Shown: positions 35,670-46,202 of the stretch, piece by piece
How the letters are laid out: each line of letters opens with the position of its first letter
How positions within the stretch are numbered: position 1 is the stretch's first letter
Assembly (NCBI GenBank): GCA_029263075.1
Contig: JAJCYE010000034.1
Location: forward strand, 1 to 60,846
Reading direction: 5' to 3'
DNA length: 60,846 nt
Origin: Actinomycetes bacterium
Lineage (GTDB): Bacteria; Actinomycetota; CADDZG01; JAHWKV01
Translations under genes and position numbers: made by a program
The notes under the pieces: model-generated
Database searches by the model: none
Seen by the model: only the letters and a program-made list of their open reading frames with translations
What the model was told of the DNA's origin: nothing

Positions 35670-36677
35670 TCAGTCGTAGTGGATTCCCGAGTACTTCATG
35701 AGCTTGGTCCACTGGTGCTCTGCGGTGATCGTCCGCACCGTACCGGACCTGGAACTCATAACCAGCGAATGGGTGGTGGCACCGTCCGCCCGGTACTGGA
35801 CCGCCGGGAGAAGGTCCCCGCCGGTGATCCCGGTGGCGGCGAAGAAAGAGTCACCCACGCACAACTCGTCCTGATTCAGGACCTGGGTCAGGTCGTATCC
35901 GGCGTCGATGAGGTCCTGCCGCTCCCCATCGCTCTGGGGGTCGAGGCGTCCCTGCAGACATCCGCCCAGCGCCTTGATCGCCGCCGCGGTGATCACCCCC
36001 TCCGGGGTGCCGCCGGTGCCCAGCAACAGGTCGACACCGCTCCGGTTGGTGGCCGCCGAAAGACCGGCCGCAACATCACCGTCGGTGATAAGCCGGATCC
36101 GGGCGCCCGCTTCGCGGATCTGGCGGATCAACTCCTTGTGCCGGGGTTTGTCCATCAGGATGACGGTGACGTCCTCCACGTCGATCCCTTTGGCCTTGGC
36201 TACTGCCTTGATGTTGTCGGCGACCGGGGCCTCCAACTCAACCACGTCGGCGGCTTCGGGACCGGTAGCAATCTTCTTCATATAGAACGCGGGCCCCGGG
36301 TCCCACATGGCGCCCCGGCCTGCCACCGCGATAACCGCGATTCCTCCGGGCATGCCGCGGGAGGTAATTGTGGTTCCTTCAACCGGGTCTACGGCCACGT
36401 CCACCTCGGGAGGAACGCCGGTCCCCACCCGCTCTCCGTTGGAGAGCCACGGGGCGTCGTCCTTCTCGCCCTCGCCGATGACGATAATGCCGTCCATCTG
36501 GCAGGTTGCGATCATCAGGCGCATGGCATCGACGGCAGCACCGTCGGCTGCCTCCTTGTCTCCACGTCCCATCCAGCGGCCGGCGGCCATAGCCCCCGCC
36601 TCGGTTACACGCACGAGTTCCATCCCCAGGTTGCGGTCCCCGGAGGTCAGGCTGAATACTTCGGTTTCGTCGGTCAT
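35670..36677 (-). CDS. glpX: Class II fructose-1,6-bisphosphatase
   Basis: ELVRVTEA, GEGEKDDAP, AVDPVEGT, DGDV, GGTPEGV, FAATGIT. Confidence 0.96.
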   Translation of the reverse strand: MTDETEVFSLTSGDRNLGMELVRVTEAGAMAAGRWMGRGDKEAADGAAVDAMRLMIATCQMDGIIVIGEGEKDDAPWLSNGERVGTGVPPEVDVAVDPVEGTTITSRGMPGGIAVIAVAGRGAMWDPGPAFYMKKIATGPEAADVVELEAPVADNIKAVAKAKGIDVEDVTVILMDKPRHKELIRQIREAGARIRLITDGDVAAGLSAATNRSGVDLLLGTGGTPEGVITAAAIKALGGCLQGRLDPQSDGERQDLIDAGYDLTQVLNQDELCVGDSFFAATGITGGDLLPAVQYRADGATTHSLVMSSRSGTVRTITAEHQWTKLMKYSGIHYD

Positions 36678-36775
36678 AGGCGCATATTAACTGAAACAGC
36701 CGGGAGCGCCGCCCCGTCCTAGGGGTCGCAGCACCCCTTTCGGTGTTCTTCCCAAACCAGCGAGGCTAGACTTTA

Positions 36776-37060
36776 ATGATGAGGCCCCAAGATACCCAGC
36801 AGTTCGACAGGGCACGAACGCGTGAAATGCCCCGGGTATCCGCGGTCAAACACACCAAGCGGCTCCTGGTTTTGGCTTTGGGCTCAACACTGATCGCGGC
36901 GGGACTTGTCCTCCTGGTTCTTCCCGGACCCGGCATCGCCGTCCTATTTTTGGGTCTGACCGTACTCTCCTGGGAGTTCCCCGCGGCCAAGCGCCTTTTG
37001 TTCAAGATGAAGATGAAGATCAAGCACCTGCGGGAGTCCCGCAGCCGCAGCCGAAGCTAG
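36776..37060 (+). CDS. PGPGW-domain small membrane protein
   Basis: LLVLPGPGI...LSWEFPAA. Confidence 0.8.
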   Translation: MMRPQDTQQFDRARTREMPRVSAVKHTKRLLVLALGSTLIAAGLVLLVLPGPGIAVLFLGLTVLSWEFPAAKRLLFKMKMKIKHLRESRSRSRS

Positions 37061-37074
37061 GTCTGCGGAAAGCC

Positions 37075-38334
37075 TTGGCGGAGGCGCAACCAACCCAGGA
37101 CATGAGCCCGTTCGAAGCGGTGACTCATTTCTTCAACCGTGCCGCCGACCTCATTCAACTCCCCGACTCCACGCGGTCGGTCCTGCGCCGCAGCTACCGA
37201 GAACTAACCGTTCAAGTGGTACTGCTCAAGGACAACGGGGACCACGACGTACTGACCGGTTTTAGGATCCAGCACAACGGCGCCCGGGGCCCGTACAAGG
37301 GCGGCGTTCGTTTCCACCCCGACGTCGACGCCGACCAGATACGTTCGCTCGCAGCCCTGATGACGTGGAAGGCGGCAGTTGTCGATGTTCCCTTCGGTGG
37401 GGCGAAGGGCGGCATCCAGGTCGACCCCCGCAACCTAACCGTCAACGAACTCGAGCGGATGACCCGCGTCTACACCAACCAGATCTCGCATTTCCTCGGC
37501 AGCCACCGGGACATCCCGGCCCCCGACGTCAATACCAATGCCCAGGTCATGGCGTGGATGATGGACGAATACGGCAAACGACACGGCTACACGCCGGAAA
37601 TCGTCACCGGCAAACCCATCGCCCTCGGCGGATCCTACGGGAGGGACGCCGCAACCGGGAGGGGCACCGTGATCGTCATGCACGAAGCGGCCGAACGTAT
37701 GGGACTGACTCCCGGGGAGTGCCGGGTAGCCATCCAAGGATTCGGGAACGTCGGCGGGTGGGCCGCCCGGGTTGCACACGAGCGGGGCTACAAGGTGATC
37801 GCAGTCTCCGATGTCGAAGGCGGGATCCTCAACGAGGACGGCCTGGACATCCCGAAACTGCTGGCCCACCACACCGAGACGGGATTTGTGGGAGGTTTCC
37901 CCCGGGCGCAGCCCATCTCCAACGCCGATCTGTTGGCCCTCCCGGTAGAGGTGCTGCTCCCGGCGGCTATGGGCCGGGCCATCCACTGCGGCAACGTCGA
38001 CAGCTTGAGGTGCCGCATAGTGGTGGAGGGAGCGAACAACCCCATCACCCCCGAAGCCGACGAGGTCCTTAACCGCCGGGGCGTGCTGATCGTTCCCGAC
38101 ATCCTGGCCAACGCCGGCGGCGTCATCGTCAGCTACTTCGAGTGGACCCAGAACATCCAGCAGTTCCGGTGGGATGAGGTCGACGTCAACCGGCGTCTCA
38201 CCACCAGACTGGTCGCCGCGTACGACCGGGTCGCCACCTTTGCCCGGCTCCAGAACGTCTCGATGCGTGAGGCGGCGTTTGCCATCGCCGTCCAGCGGGT
38301 TGCCGAGACCGCCCACCTGCGCGGCTACATCTAG
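37075..38334 (+). CDS. gdhA: Glu/Leu/Phe/Val dehydrogenase (glutamate dehydrogenase)
   Basis: RGPYKGGVR, PFGGAKGG, PAPDV, ATGRG, QGFGNVG, EGANNP, ANAGGV. Confidence 0.93.
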   Translation: MAEAQPTQDMSPFEAVTHFFNRAADLIQLPDSTRSVLRRSYRELTVQVVLLKDNGDHDVLTGFRIQHNGARGPYKGGVRFHPDVDADQIRSLAALMTWKAAVVDVPFGGAKGGIQVDPRNLTVNELERMTRVYTNQISHFLGSHRDIPAPDVNTNAQVMAWMMDEYGKRHGYTPEIVTGKPIALGGSYGRDAATGRGTVIVMHEAAERMGLTPGECRVAIQGFGNVGGWAARVAHERGYKVIAVSDVEGGILNEDGLDIPKLLAHHTETGFVGGFPRAQPISNADLLALPVEVLLPAAMGRAIHCGNVDSLRCRIVVEGANNPITPEADEVLNRRGVLIVPDILANAGGVIVSYFEWTQNIQQFRWDEVDVNRRLTTRLVAAYDRVATFARLQNVSMREAAFAIAVQRVAETAHLRGYI

Positions 38335-38439
38335 CGTTCAACCCGGCCGCAGGAGCGGACACCCGTCGGACGCGTCGAGGCCTAGCGACCAACCTCCCGG
38401 TGCCGTCCACCCACGGCACGCCACCGTCGCCGTAAGATT

Positions 38440-39768
38440 GTGATTCTGAATACGACCCCTGCCCCCACCACGAGGAGCCCCTCATACCTACGTCTCCTTC
38501 TGGTCGTCCTGGGCACGGCGACTTTCTTTGAGGGTTTCGACACCGCGATCAGCGCGATCGTCCTCAAAGACCTGGCCGAGTCGTTCAATATCCCCCTCGA
38601 TGAGACCGCTCAAATCACGGGGCCCCTCATACCCATCGGCCTCGGCGCCTTCGGGGCGCTGGCCGTCACCATGCTCGGCGACCGCATCGGCCGGCGGCCC
38701 CTACTGGTGGGTACGACCTTCCTCTACGCAATATTCACCGGCCTGACTGCCACTTCGCAGACTCTCACCATGTTCGTGGTCTTCCAGTTCTTCGCCCGCA
38801 CCTTCCTGCTGGCGGAGTACGCCACGGCGATCACGATGGTCACCGAAGAGTTCCCCGCCGAGCGAAGAGGCCGGGCCCTGGGAACATTGACGGCGCTGGG
38901 GGCGCTGGGGCTCCCCATAGTTGCGGTCCTGCACCTGCTGGTAAAGGACACCGCCCTCGGCTGGCGCATCCTCTACCTCGTAGGCCTGATCCCGCTGGTT
39001 GTCGTCGGCTTCTTGAGGCTGAAGCTGAAAGAAACGGAACGATGGACAACGGCCAAGGCCGAGGGGTCCACGCTCAATCACCACAAGATCCGCCAACTGC
39101 TTCATCAGGCCGACCGTTCGATCATCTGGAAGGTCGGGGCGCTCTACTTCTTCTCTCACTTCGCCCTATTGGGTGCGGTGACCTGGTGGCCGTTTTATGC
39201 GGGCGTCCACCTGGATTACAGCGACGCCACCATTACCCTGCTGCTGGGGGTCGCCTACCCGCTGGGGGTGACCGGCTACTACCTGGCCGGCCGGCTCGCC
39301 GACCGATACGGCCGGAGAAGAACCGGCACCCTGTTCCTATTCGTCGGCATGGTTTTCGGGATAGCGGTGTTTCAGATCTCGGACGCCACCTTGATGTTCC
39401 CGGCTCTGGTGCTTGCGGTCTTCTTCGGATTCGGGATGAACCCCATCCTGGCGGCGATAGCCTCCGAACTGTTCCCCACCGCCCTCAGGGCCACCGCGGT
39501 CGCCTTCGTACGGTCGATCTTCGGGACCATCGGCGGGATCGCCGGACCCATCACGGTGGGAGTCCTGGCCGGTGCCAGCGCCGCCGAAAGGTTCCCCTCG
39601 ATGCCCCTGCTCGGAAATATGGGGGACGTGGTGGCGATGGTCGCTCTGATGAACATCCCGGCGGCGATCATGCTCTGGAAGCTGCCCGAGACCGCGGGAA
39701 CCGAACTGGAGGACATAGGGACCGGTTCAACCAAACCCGGCGACGAACTACAGCCCGACGCCTCCTAG
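38440..39768 (+). CDS. MFS transporter
   Basis: GDRIGRR, EEFPAERRG, ADRYGRR, ELFPT.LRA, LPET. Confidence 0.93.
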   Translation: MILNTTPAPTTRSPSYLRLLLVVLGTATFFEGFDTAISAIVLKDLAESFNIPLDETAQITGPLIPIGLGAFGALAVTMLGDRIGRRPLLVGTTFLYAIFTGLTATSQTLTMFVVFQFFARTFLLAEYATAITMVTEEFPAERRGRALGTLTALGALGLPIVAVLHLLVKDTALGWRILYLVGLIPLVVVGFLRLKLKETERWTTAKAEGSTLNHHKIRQLLHQADRSIIWKVGALYFFSHFALLGAVTWWPFYAGVHLDYSDATITLLLGVAYPLGVTGYYLAGRLADRYGRRRTGTLFLFVGMVFGIAVFQISDATLMFPALVLAVFFGFGMNPILAAIASELFPTALRATAVAFVRSIFGTIGGIAGPITVGVLAGASAAERFPSMPLLGNMGDVVAMVALMNIPAAIMLWKLPETAGTELEDIGTGSTKPGDELQPDAS

Positions 39769-39784
39769 GTAGCGACGATCCGGG

Positions 39785-41797
39785 TCAGTGGGAAGCCAGG
39801 GCCACCGAACCCCACGACAGCAAGAACAGAGCGGTCATCATGACCAGTGGGATCGTCGTCCACAACACCTCGATTGCCAGCACCCGCAACCGCCCGGGTG
39901 CCTCCTCGGGCCTGCGGTAGCCGATCACGCCAACCAGGATAGCGGCCGAGAAGCCGACGAAGATGGTACCGGCGGCCACCAGCACAACCTGGTAGATCGA
40001 CTCGATGGCCGGGACGTTCAGCAGGACGTCCGCCGCCAGCGCAACGAACACCACCACCAGATACATGATCGAAAAGTGAAACAGGCTCATCGCCTGCTTG
40101 CCGTCCGGGTTCTTGCGGAGCCGCAGGGAGTAGAACACGAAGGCCAGGCCCATGACGCTGGCGGACGCCAGGTACAAGACTCCTAGCTGGGCCACCGGGT
40201 ACATCAGCAGGCTCACGGCAAACAGCACCACCGAGTAAAGGACAATCTGGCGCGTCGTCTCCTGAACGCCCCGGACCACCGGAAGCATCGGCACGCCTGC
40301 CGCCTTGTAGTCATCCGAATACCTCAGCGCCAGCGCCCAAAAGTGCGGGGGCGTCCAGTAGAAGATGATTGCGAACAGGACCCAGGCCGGACGGCCGACA
40401 TCGCCGGTGACCGCCGCCCACCCGATCAACGCGGGAGCGGCCCCCGCCGCCCCTCCGATGACGATGTTGGACGGCGTGTATCTCTTGAGCCCGATCGTGT
40501 AGACAAAGACGTAAAAAAGGATGGCGGCCAGCGACCACCAGGCCGCAGGCATGTTGATTGTCAACGCCATGAAGATGAAGCTGACAACTCCCAGGATGAC
40601 CCCGAACCTGAGGGCGTTGGCCGGGGTTACATCGTGACTCGGCAGGGGCCTGATCGACGTCCGCTGCATCTTTTCGTCGATGTCACGATCCAGATAGCAG
40701 TTGATGCAGTTGGCCGATCCGGCAGCCATGCTTCCACCGACGAGGGTCGCCAGCACCAGCCAAGGCGCCGGCCATCCCCGCTGGGCGACGATCATCGCAG
40801 GGACCGTGGTAATCAGCAGCAACTCGATAATCCGGGGTTTGGTGAGCATGAAGTAGGCCTTGATCCGGCCGCCTCCGCCACCCTTGGCCCCGGCACCCTC
40901 CGCTTCCCTCCCACCCGCAGGTGCGGCCACCCCGCCCTTGCGGTAGGCGAGGATACTCAACGACACCAGCGCCACCCACAACAACTCACCGGTAAGGACG
41001 TGGCCCACAATGGTCCACGGCGCCGAACCCGACAGGACATTGAACCCGCCCAGAAGCACCTGCACCAACCAGAGCGCAAACGCGCCGTGACCGAGCATGA
41101 GCAACGTGCGGTCCTTGGGGTCCCGCTTGGTGATGCGGTAAGCGAGCAGACCGATGGACACACCCAACAACGCGGCAACCAGCCGGTGGGTGTAGTGCAA
41201 CAGGGGTTTGGCGCCGTCGGGCGGTAGGAGCGAGCCGTTCATCAACGGCCAATCGGAAAACACTTCCGCTCCGGCCCGCTGCTGGACCACCGAAGCACCC
41301 ACCATCAGGACGATGAACGCCGCTGCCGTGGTCCACGCGGCCAGCCGGGACACCCGATCCCACCCTCCCCCGCGGGAGTGGAAGCTGTTCACCGTGGCGG
41401 TGGCCAGCAGCCCCACCAGAGTCAGCGACAAGAAGAAGTGAAGGACCACCGTGTCGGCGTGAAGCTCGTCGAGCACCACCTGGCGGCCGACGCCGGCCTG
41501 GATGATGACCGCCACCAGAGCGAGCAGCGAAGGCCAGAACACCGCGGGCCTCGTCCGCTGCTTCAGCCAGGCGACTACCGCCAGGGCCAGGACCAGGAAG
41601 CCCACGATCGACGCCACCAATCGGTGGCTGTACTCGATGATGGCCGTCTTCTCCAACGGGGGAATCCAATTACCGTGGCAACGGGGCCAGTCCGGGCAGC
41701 CGAGCCCCGATCCGGAGGCGCGCACCACAGCGCCGACCATTACCAGGATCATGGCCATCACGGTAGTGGCCGATGCGAGCTTCTGAAAACGGGTCAT
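39785..41797 (-). CDS. ctaB: Fused heme A synthase (CtaA) - heme O synthase (CtaB) with extra C-terminal TM hairpin
   Basis: CtaA: SGLGCPDWPRC, EYSHR, HRL; CtaB: LTKPRI, DRDIDEKMQRT.RPLP, NIVIGG, WTPPHFWAL, DY.AAGVPM. Confidence 0.93.
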   Translation of the reverse strand: MTRFQKLASATTVMAMILVMVGAVVRASGSGLGCPDWPRCHGNWIPPLEKTAIIEYSHRLVASIVGFLVLALAVVAWLKQRTRPAVFWPSLLALVAVIIQAGVGRQVVLDELHADTVVLHFFLSLTLVGLLATATVNSFHSRGGGWDRVSRLAAWTTAAAFIVLMVGASVVQQRAGAEVFSDWPLMNGSLLPPDGAKPLLHYTHRLVAALLGVSIGLLAYRITKRDPKDRTLLMLGHGAFALWLVQVLLGGFNVLSGSAPWTIVGHVLTGELLWVALVSLSILAYRKGGVAAPAGGREAEGAGAKGGGGGRIKAYFMLTKPRIIELLLITTVPAMIVAQRGWPAPWLVLATLVGGSMAAGSANCINCYLDRDIDEKMQRTSIRPLPSHDVTPANALRFGVILGVVSFIFMALTINMPAAWWSLAAILFYVFVYTIGLKRYTPSNIVIGGAAGAAPALIGWAAVTGDVGRPAWVLFAIIFYWTPPHFWALALRYSDDYKAAGVPMLPVVRGVQETTRQIVLYSVVLFAVSLLMYPVAQLGVLYLASASVMGLAFVFYSLRLRKNPDGKQAMSLFHFSIMYLVVVFVALAADVLLNVPAIESIYQVVLVAAGTIFVGFSAAILVGVIGYRRPEEAPGRLRVLAIEVLWTTIPLVMMTALFLLSWGSVALASH

Positions 41798-41828
41798 CGG
41801 GCTACTTCAGCGGTCGGGAGACCGGAGA

Positions 41829-42467
41829 TCAATGTTCTCCAGCGGGAACTTCGCCGCCCGACGACTCACCCTCTGCCGCAATCACTTTCCCGTTCATCGT
41901 GGGGTGAACGTCGCACTGAAAGTAGTACTCGCCGGCGGCGATGGGATCTACCTTCTCCTCGACTTCTTTGGGGCCGGTGATGATGGCACCCCGGAACAAG
42001 GCGTTGGTGGAACCCGCTGCCTCCAGGATGGAAACGTTGTGGGGCTGGGCTTCTTTGTTGTCGAAGGCGATGATGAATTCTTTGTCCGCCGGGATAGAGA
42101 GTTCCGTCTGCTCGAAGGCCAGGTTATCGGCAACCAAGTCAACCTTCACAATCTCTTCGCCGTGGCCCTCCTCTTCGGGAAAGCTAACGACACCGGCAGC
42201 CGCAGCCCCACCCAAAACCAGCGGGACCACCGCGATGATCCCCAGGAACATCGCGAGGGGTTTCCCGGCGCTCGGTTTGGCTGCCATCACGCTGAATGCG
42301 ACAAGCAAGTTGATGGCCGTCATTATCGCTACCGAGGTGGCGATCTCTGCCGGTACGTTCAGCAGGATCTGGGACATGACCAACGCCAGGAACAGGACAA
42401 AGGCCAGTGCTCCCACCGGAATAAGGATGGGAAGGATCAGCCGGTCCCGCATCTTGTCGTCACTCAT
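41829..42467 (-). CDS. Membrane-anchored type-1 copper cupredoxin (plastocyanin/azurin-like)
   Basis: 3 TMs, then HNV...GEYYFQCDVHPTM.G (H, C, H, M ligands). Confidence 0.88.
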   Translation of the reverse strand: MSDDKMRDRLILPILIPVGALAFVLFLALVMSQILLNVPAEIATSVAIMTAINLLVAFSVMAAKPSAGKPLAMFLGIIAVVPLVLGGAAAAGVVSFPEEEGHGEEIVKVDLVADNLAFEQTELSIPADKEFIIAFDNKEAQPHNVSILEAAGSTNALFRGAIITGPKEVEEKVDPIAAGEYYFQCDVHPTMNGKVIAAEGESSGGEVPAGEH

Positions 42468-43342
42468 CGCGTCTCCACCTTGTTCAACTCCCTTTCGAGG
42501 TCTTGCCACTTTGTGGCATCCGGGGTACCCGACTCCTGCTGGGCGGCCCATTTGAAGAAAAGTACGGCAATTATCGTCCAAAGTAGCAGACCGCCGCCCA
42601 CCTTCATTATCAGGCCCGACACACCCTGATCGGCAACCGCGCTAAATCCCGAGATCAACCTGGGCGCTTCGGCGTACGACCGGTACAAAGGGTACTCGCC
42701 AAACGTAAGGAACGACGCCGGGACCGTGGGTACGATCGTCTGCCCGAACAGGTAGAGCATCTGGCCCGGCATCGATAGCCTCGGCAACTCGGGCATGGGA
42801 CTGAGGACCGGCCACCACATCAAGAGCGAGGTCGCTACCAGCAGGATGTGGGCGCCGAAGTGGAACGCCTCGTTGGAGGTGGTCTCGTTGACAAATCCCG
42901 GCCAGTGGGTGAACACCAAAAATACGTTGAAAATAATCAGCGCCGGAAGGGGCCTGGTAAGGCGGCGCATGATCGCCATCGCCCACCGGGGCCGAAGGAT
43001 CCGCCGGGCCAACCAGTCCGGGGTACCCATCAGGACCAGGGCCGGCGCGATCAGCGAAAACATAAGGTGCTGCAGCATGTGCATGCTGAACAGGTAGTTT
43101 TCGCTGATTTCGTGCATCGGCCAGTCGGCGCCGATCCAAAACACCAGGATTCCCGACACGAAATACCCGACCTGCGACTTGGTCGCCGCCGGTTCGCCGG
43201 GCGACACGTACCGAGGGCCCCAGAACTTTAAGGCTGCCCAGTACCAGGCCAGCACTGCGCCCATGATGAGCCAGACATCCAGGTGCGGCGCCCATAACCA
43301 GGGTCCGCCCACCTGTCCATGGGCCAGCAGGTCCGTCGCCAC
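42464..43342 (-). CDS. ctaG: caa3-type oxidase assembly protein
   Basis: YLFSMHMLQH, LMWWPV, DQ..SGLIMK. Confidence 0.9.
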   Translation of the reverse strand: MATDLLAHGQVGGPWLWAPHLDVWLIMGAVLAWYWAALKFWGPRYVSPGEPAATKSQVGYFVSGILVFWIGADWPMHEISENYLFSMHMLQHLMFSLIAPALVLMGTPDWLARRILRPRWAMAIMRRLTRPLPALIIFNVFLVFTHWPGFVNETTSNEAFHFGAHILLVATSLLMWWPVLSPMPELPRLSMPGQMLYLFGQTIVPTVPASFLTFGEYPLYRSYAEAPRLISGFSAVADQGVSGLIMKVGGGLLLWTIIAVLFFKWAAQQESGTPDATKWQDLERELNKVETR

Positions 43343-43354
43343 GAAAGGCCGCGT

Positions 43355-43687
43355 TTAGCTAGCTGCCCCGGCGAGGCGCTCGGCGAAGGTAAAGGTCCAC
43401 AGGACGACGCCGTAAATGGCCATAGCCAGGATGATCCCAAGGATAAAAAAGCGCCGGAAGATCTTCGAATCGAACTTCAGGTGCATGAAGTACCCGGCCA
43501 CCGCTACAAACTTGACGATCATCATGGCGCTAAGAATCGGCACGATCAAGTTCGTCAGCGAGTCGATGTAGACGACCACCACCTCCAACGCCGTGACGAT
43601 GCCCAGGAAAATGGCGATCTTTACGTATTGGAACTCGGATGGGTGATCGTGAGCGTGCTCTTCCAAAGAAGTCTCCGTTGTACTCAT
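43355..43687 (-). CDS. ctaF: Cytochrome c oxidase subunit IV
   Basis: LGIVTALEV, KF..V..YFMHLKFD. Confidence 0.9.
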   Translation of the reverse strand: MSTTETSLEEHAHDHPSEFQYVKIAIFLGIVTALEVVVVYIDSLTNLIVPILSAMMIVKFVAVAGYFMHLKFDSKIFRRFFILGIILAMAIYGVVLWTFTFAERLAGAAS

Positions 43688-44298
43688 GGGAACAGGTAAA
43701 CGACGGTGAAGATGACAATCCAGATGATGTCCACGAAGTGCCAGTACAGACCCACCATCTCGACCTTCTTAGCTCCCTCCGAGAACGGATCGAGCTTGCC
43801 CAACTTCGACAGCGTGTACATGGTCAGCAGCATCAGGATCCCGATGGCGACGTGGGTTCCGTGGAACCCGGTCAGGACGAAAAAGCTGGATCCGAAGGGG
43901 CTGGTCTGAAGCGTCAGGCCCTTGTGGACGAATTCGGTGAACTCGAAAAACTGCCCGCCGATGAAGCTGGCGCCCAGCAACGAAGTTGCCAGCAGCCAGA
44001 TCCTCAGCTTGCGATGGTCGCCCCGCTGAATGGCCGCGAGGGCCAGCACCATGGTCAGCGAACTCATCAACAGGACGAACGAGGACACAGAGGTGTAGGG
44101 AATGTCGTAGACATCGTGCCTGGTGGGCCCGGTGCCGGTTCGGTTCCGGTAAAGAAGGTGTGAGGCGATCAGTGCACCGAAGAACAGGCACTCCGATCCC
44201 AGGAAGGCCCACATCGCCAGCTTGACGTTGTCCAAACCGGTGTAAGTAGCATGCGGGTCGTGCTCCGCGTGGGTCTCCTCGACTGTGGCGTCGTGCAT
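43684..44298 (-). CDS. ctaE: Cytochrome c oxidase subunit III
   Basis: MWAFLGSECLFF, LTGFHGTHV, GLYWHFVD. Confidence 0.95.
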   Translation of the reverse strand: MHDATVEETHAEHDPHATYTGLDNVKLAMWAFLGSECLFFGALIASHLLYRNRTGTGPTRHDVYDIPYTSVSSFVLLMSSLTMVLALAAIQRGDHRKLRIWLLATSLLGASFIGGQFFEFTEFVHKGLTLQTSPFGSSFFVLTGFHGTHVAIGILMLLTMYTLSKLGKLDPFSEGAKKVEMVGLYWHFVDIIWIVIFTVVYLFP

Positions 44299-46185
44299 TT
44301 AGTGCTCCTCCGCCGTAGCCGGCTCTAGTACCCAACCGTAGAACCCCGCCAGGGTGATGACCGTTCCGACGATACCCAACGGCCACGAGTGCAGAATCAC
44401 CGCGAAACCGGCAACCGGCATCCCGATGGCAGCAACGAGCGGGAAGTAGGACGGCGACGGCATGTGGATGCCGTGGCCGGCGTCGTGTTCGGCGTCCTCC
44501 GAGTGCTCCTCCGAGCCACCCACGGGAACCGGGACCGGCCGGCCCTTCTTGTCCTCTTTGTACTTGCGGTGCCAGAAGTCATCGCGCTCGGTGACGGTGG
44601 GTATCACTGCAAAGTTGTATTCGGGGGGAGGCGACGGGATGGTCCACTCCAGCGTACGAGCGTCCCACGGGTCGTTCCCGGCGATCTCGCCCTTCCGCTT
44701 GCTCTTCACCCAGTTGTGCATGAAGACCAGGGTGGAGGCTGCAATCAGGAAGGCGCCCACCGTGGAGAGCATGTTCCACATTTCCCAGCCGAGGCCGGCC
44801 TGGTAGGTGTAGTAGCGACGGGGCATGCCCTTGAGGCCGAGGATGTGGAAAGGACCGAAGGTCATGTTGAAGCCGATGAGCATCATCCAAAAGTGGATCT
44901 TGCCCAAGCGCTCGTCCATCATTTTGCCGTAGATCTTCGGGAACCAGAAGTACAGACCACCGAACAGACCGATGATGGCGCCACCGAACAGCACGTAGTG
45001 GAAGTGGGCCACGATGTAGTAGGTGTCCTGCTGCTGGGCGTCGTGGGGGACAATCGAGTGCGTAACTCCCGACAGGCCACCGATGATGAACATGGCGATG
45101 AAGCCGATGGAAAACAACATGGGTGTCTTGAACTTCAGCGAACCGCCGGCCATGGTGGCCATCCAGTTGAAGATCTTCACCCCGGTCGGCACTGCGATGA
45201 ACATGGTGGAGACGGCGAACGCCGAGTTGGCGGCCGGACCCAGGCCCACGGTGAACATGTGGTGCGCCCACACGCCCCAACCCATAAAGCCGATGGCCGC
45301 TCCGGAGAACACCACGAAGCTGTAGCCGAACAGCGGCTTGCGGGAGAAGACCGGGAGGATCTCCGAGACAATTCCCATCGCCGGGAGGATCAGGATGTAC
45401 ACCTCGGGGTGCCCGAACAACCAGAACAGGTGTTGCCACAGGATCGGGTCACCGCCACCCGCCGGCGCAAAGAACAGGGCGCCGAAGGTGCGGTCGAAGG
45501 TCATGAAGAAAAGGGCGACCGCGATCACCGGCATGGCGAACAGGAGCAAGAAGTTGACGACCAGCGACATCCAGATGAACACCGGCATCTTCATCAGCTT
45601 CATGCCTGGCGCCCTCATGTTGAGGATGGTGGTGATGAAGTTGGCCGAAGCCACGATCGATGCGACACCCAGGATCTGCAGACCCAGCGCGTAAAAGTCG
45701 ATCCGGTGATCGCCGGGCAGGAAACCCGCCGAGCTCGACAGGGGGGCGTAACCGAACCAACCGCCGTCGGGTGCTCCACCGAAGAACCAACTCGAATAAA
45801 GGAACAGGCCGCCGAACAAAAAGACCCAATACGATAACGAGTTCAGTCTGGGAAAGGCCACATCTCGGGCCCCGATCATTAACGGGATGAAGTAGTTGAA
45901 GAAGGCCGCACCCATTGGCATGACCACCAGGAAAATCATGGTTACGCCGTGGGTGGTGAAAAGCTGGTTGTAGAGGTCGGCGCTGATCAGCTTGCCCTCA
46001 GGGGTAGCCAACTGAGCGCGGATCAGGAGGGCTTCCAAACCGCCGAGGATGAAGAACACAAAGGCGGTGTAGCCGTACATGATGCCGATTCGTTTGTGGT
46101 CGACCGTGGTTACCCAGCTCCAGATGCCGTGGCTGGCCTTGGGCCGGCGAAGGAACCATGGGGTCGGCGTAGTTACCATAGCCAT
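44299..46185 (-). CDS. ctaD: Cytochrome c oxidase subunit I (A1 type)
   Basis: DHKRIG, FGHPEVY, WAHHM, VAHFHYV, GMPRR; two extra C-terminal TMs. Confidence 0.97.
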   Translation of the reverse strand: MAMVTTPTPWFLRRPKASHGIWSWVTTVDHKRIGIMYGYTAFVFFILGGLEALLIRAQLATPEGKLISADLYNQLFTTHGVTMIFLVVMPMGAAFFNYFIPLMIGARDVAFPRLNSLSYWVFLFGGLFLYSSWFFGGAPDGGWFGYAPLSSSAGFLPGDHRIDFYALGLQILGVASIVASANFITTILNMRAPGMKLMKMPVFIWMSLVVNFLLLFAMPVIAVALFFMTFDRTFGALFFAPAGGGDPILWQHLFWLFGHPEVYILILPAMGIVSEILPVFSRKPLFGYSFVVFSGAAIGFMGWGVWAHHMFTVGLGPAANSAFAVSTMFIAVPTGVKIFNWMATMAGGSLKFKTPMLFSIGFIAMFIIGGLSGVTHSIVPHDAQQQDTYYIVAHFHYVLFGGAIIGLFGGLYFWFPKIYGKMMDERLGKIHFWMMLIGFNMTFGPFHILGLKGMPRRYYTYQAGLGWEMWNMLSTVGAFLIAASTLVFMHNWVKSKRKGEIAGNDPWDARTLEWTIPSPPPEYNFAVIPTVTERDDFWHRKYKEDKKGRPVPVPVGGSEEHSEDAEHDAGHGIHMPSPSYFPLVAAIGMPVAGFAVILHSWPLGIVGTVITLAGFYGWVLEPATAEEH

Positions 46186-46202
46186 AGGTGCTCTCCCATC
46201 AG

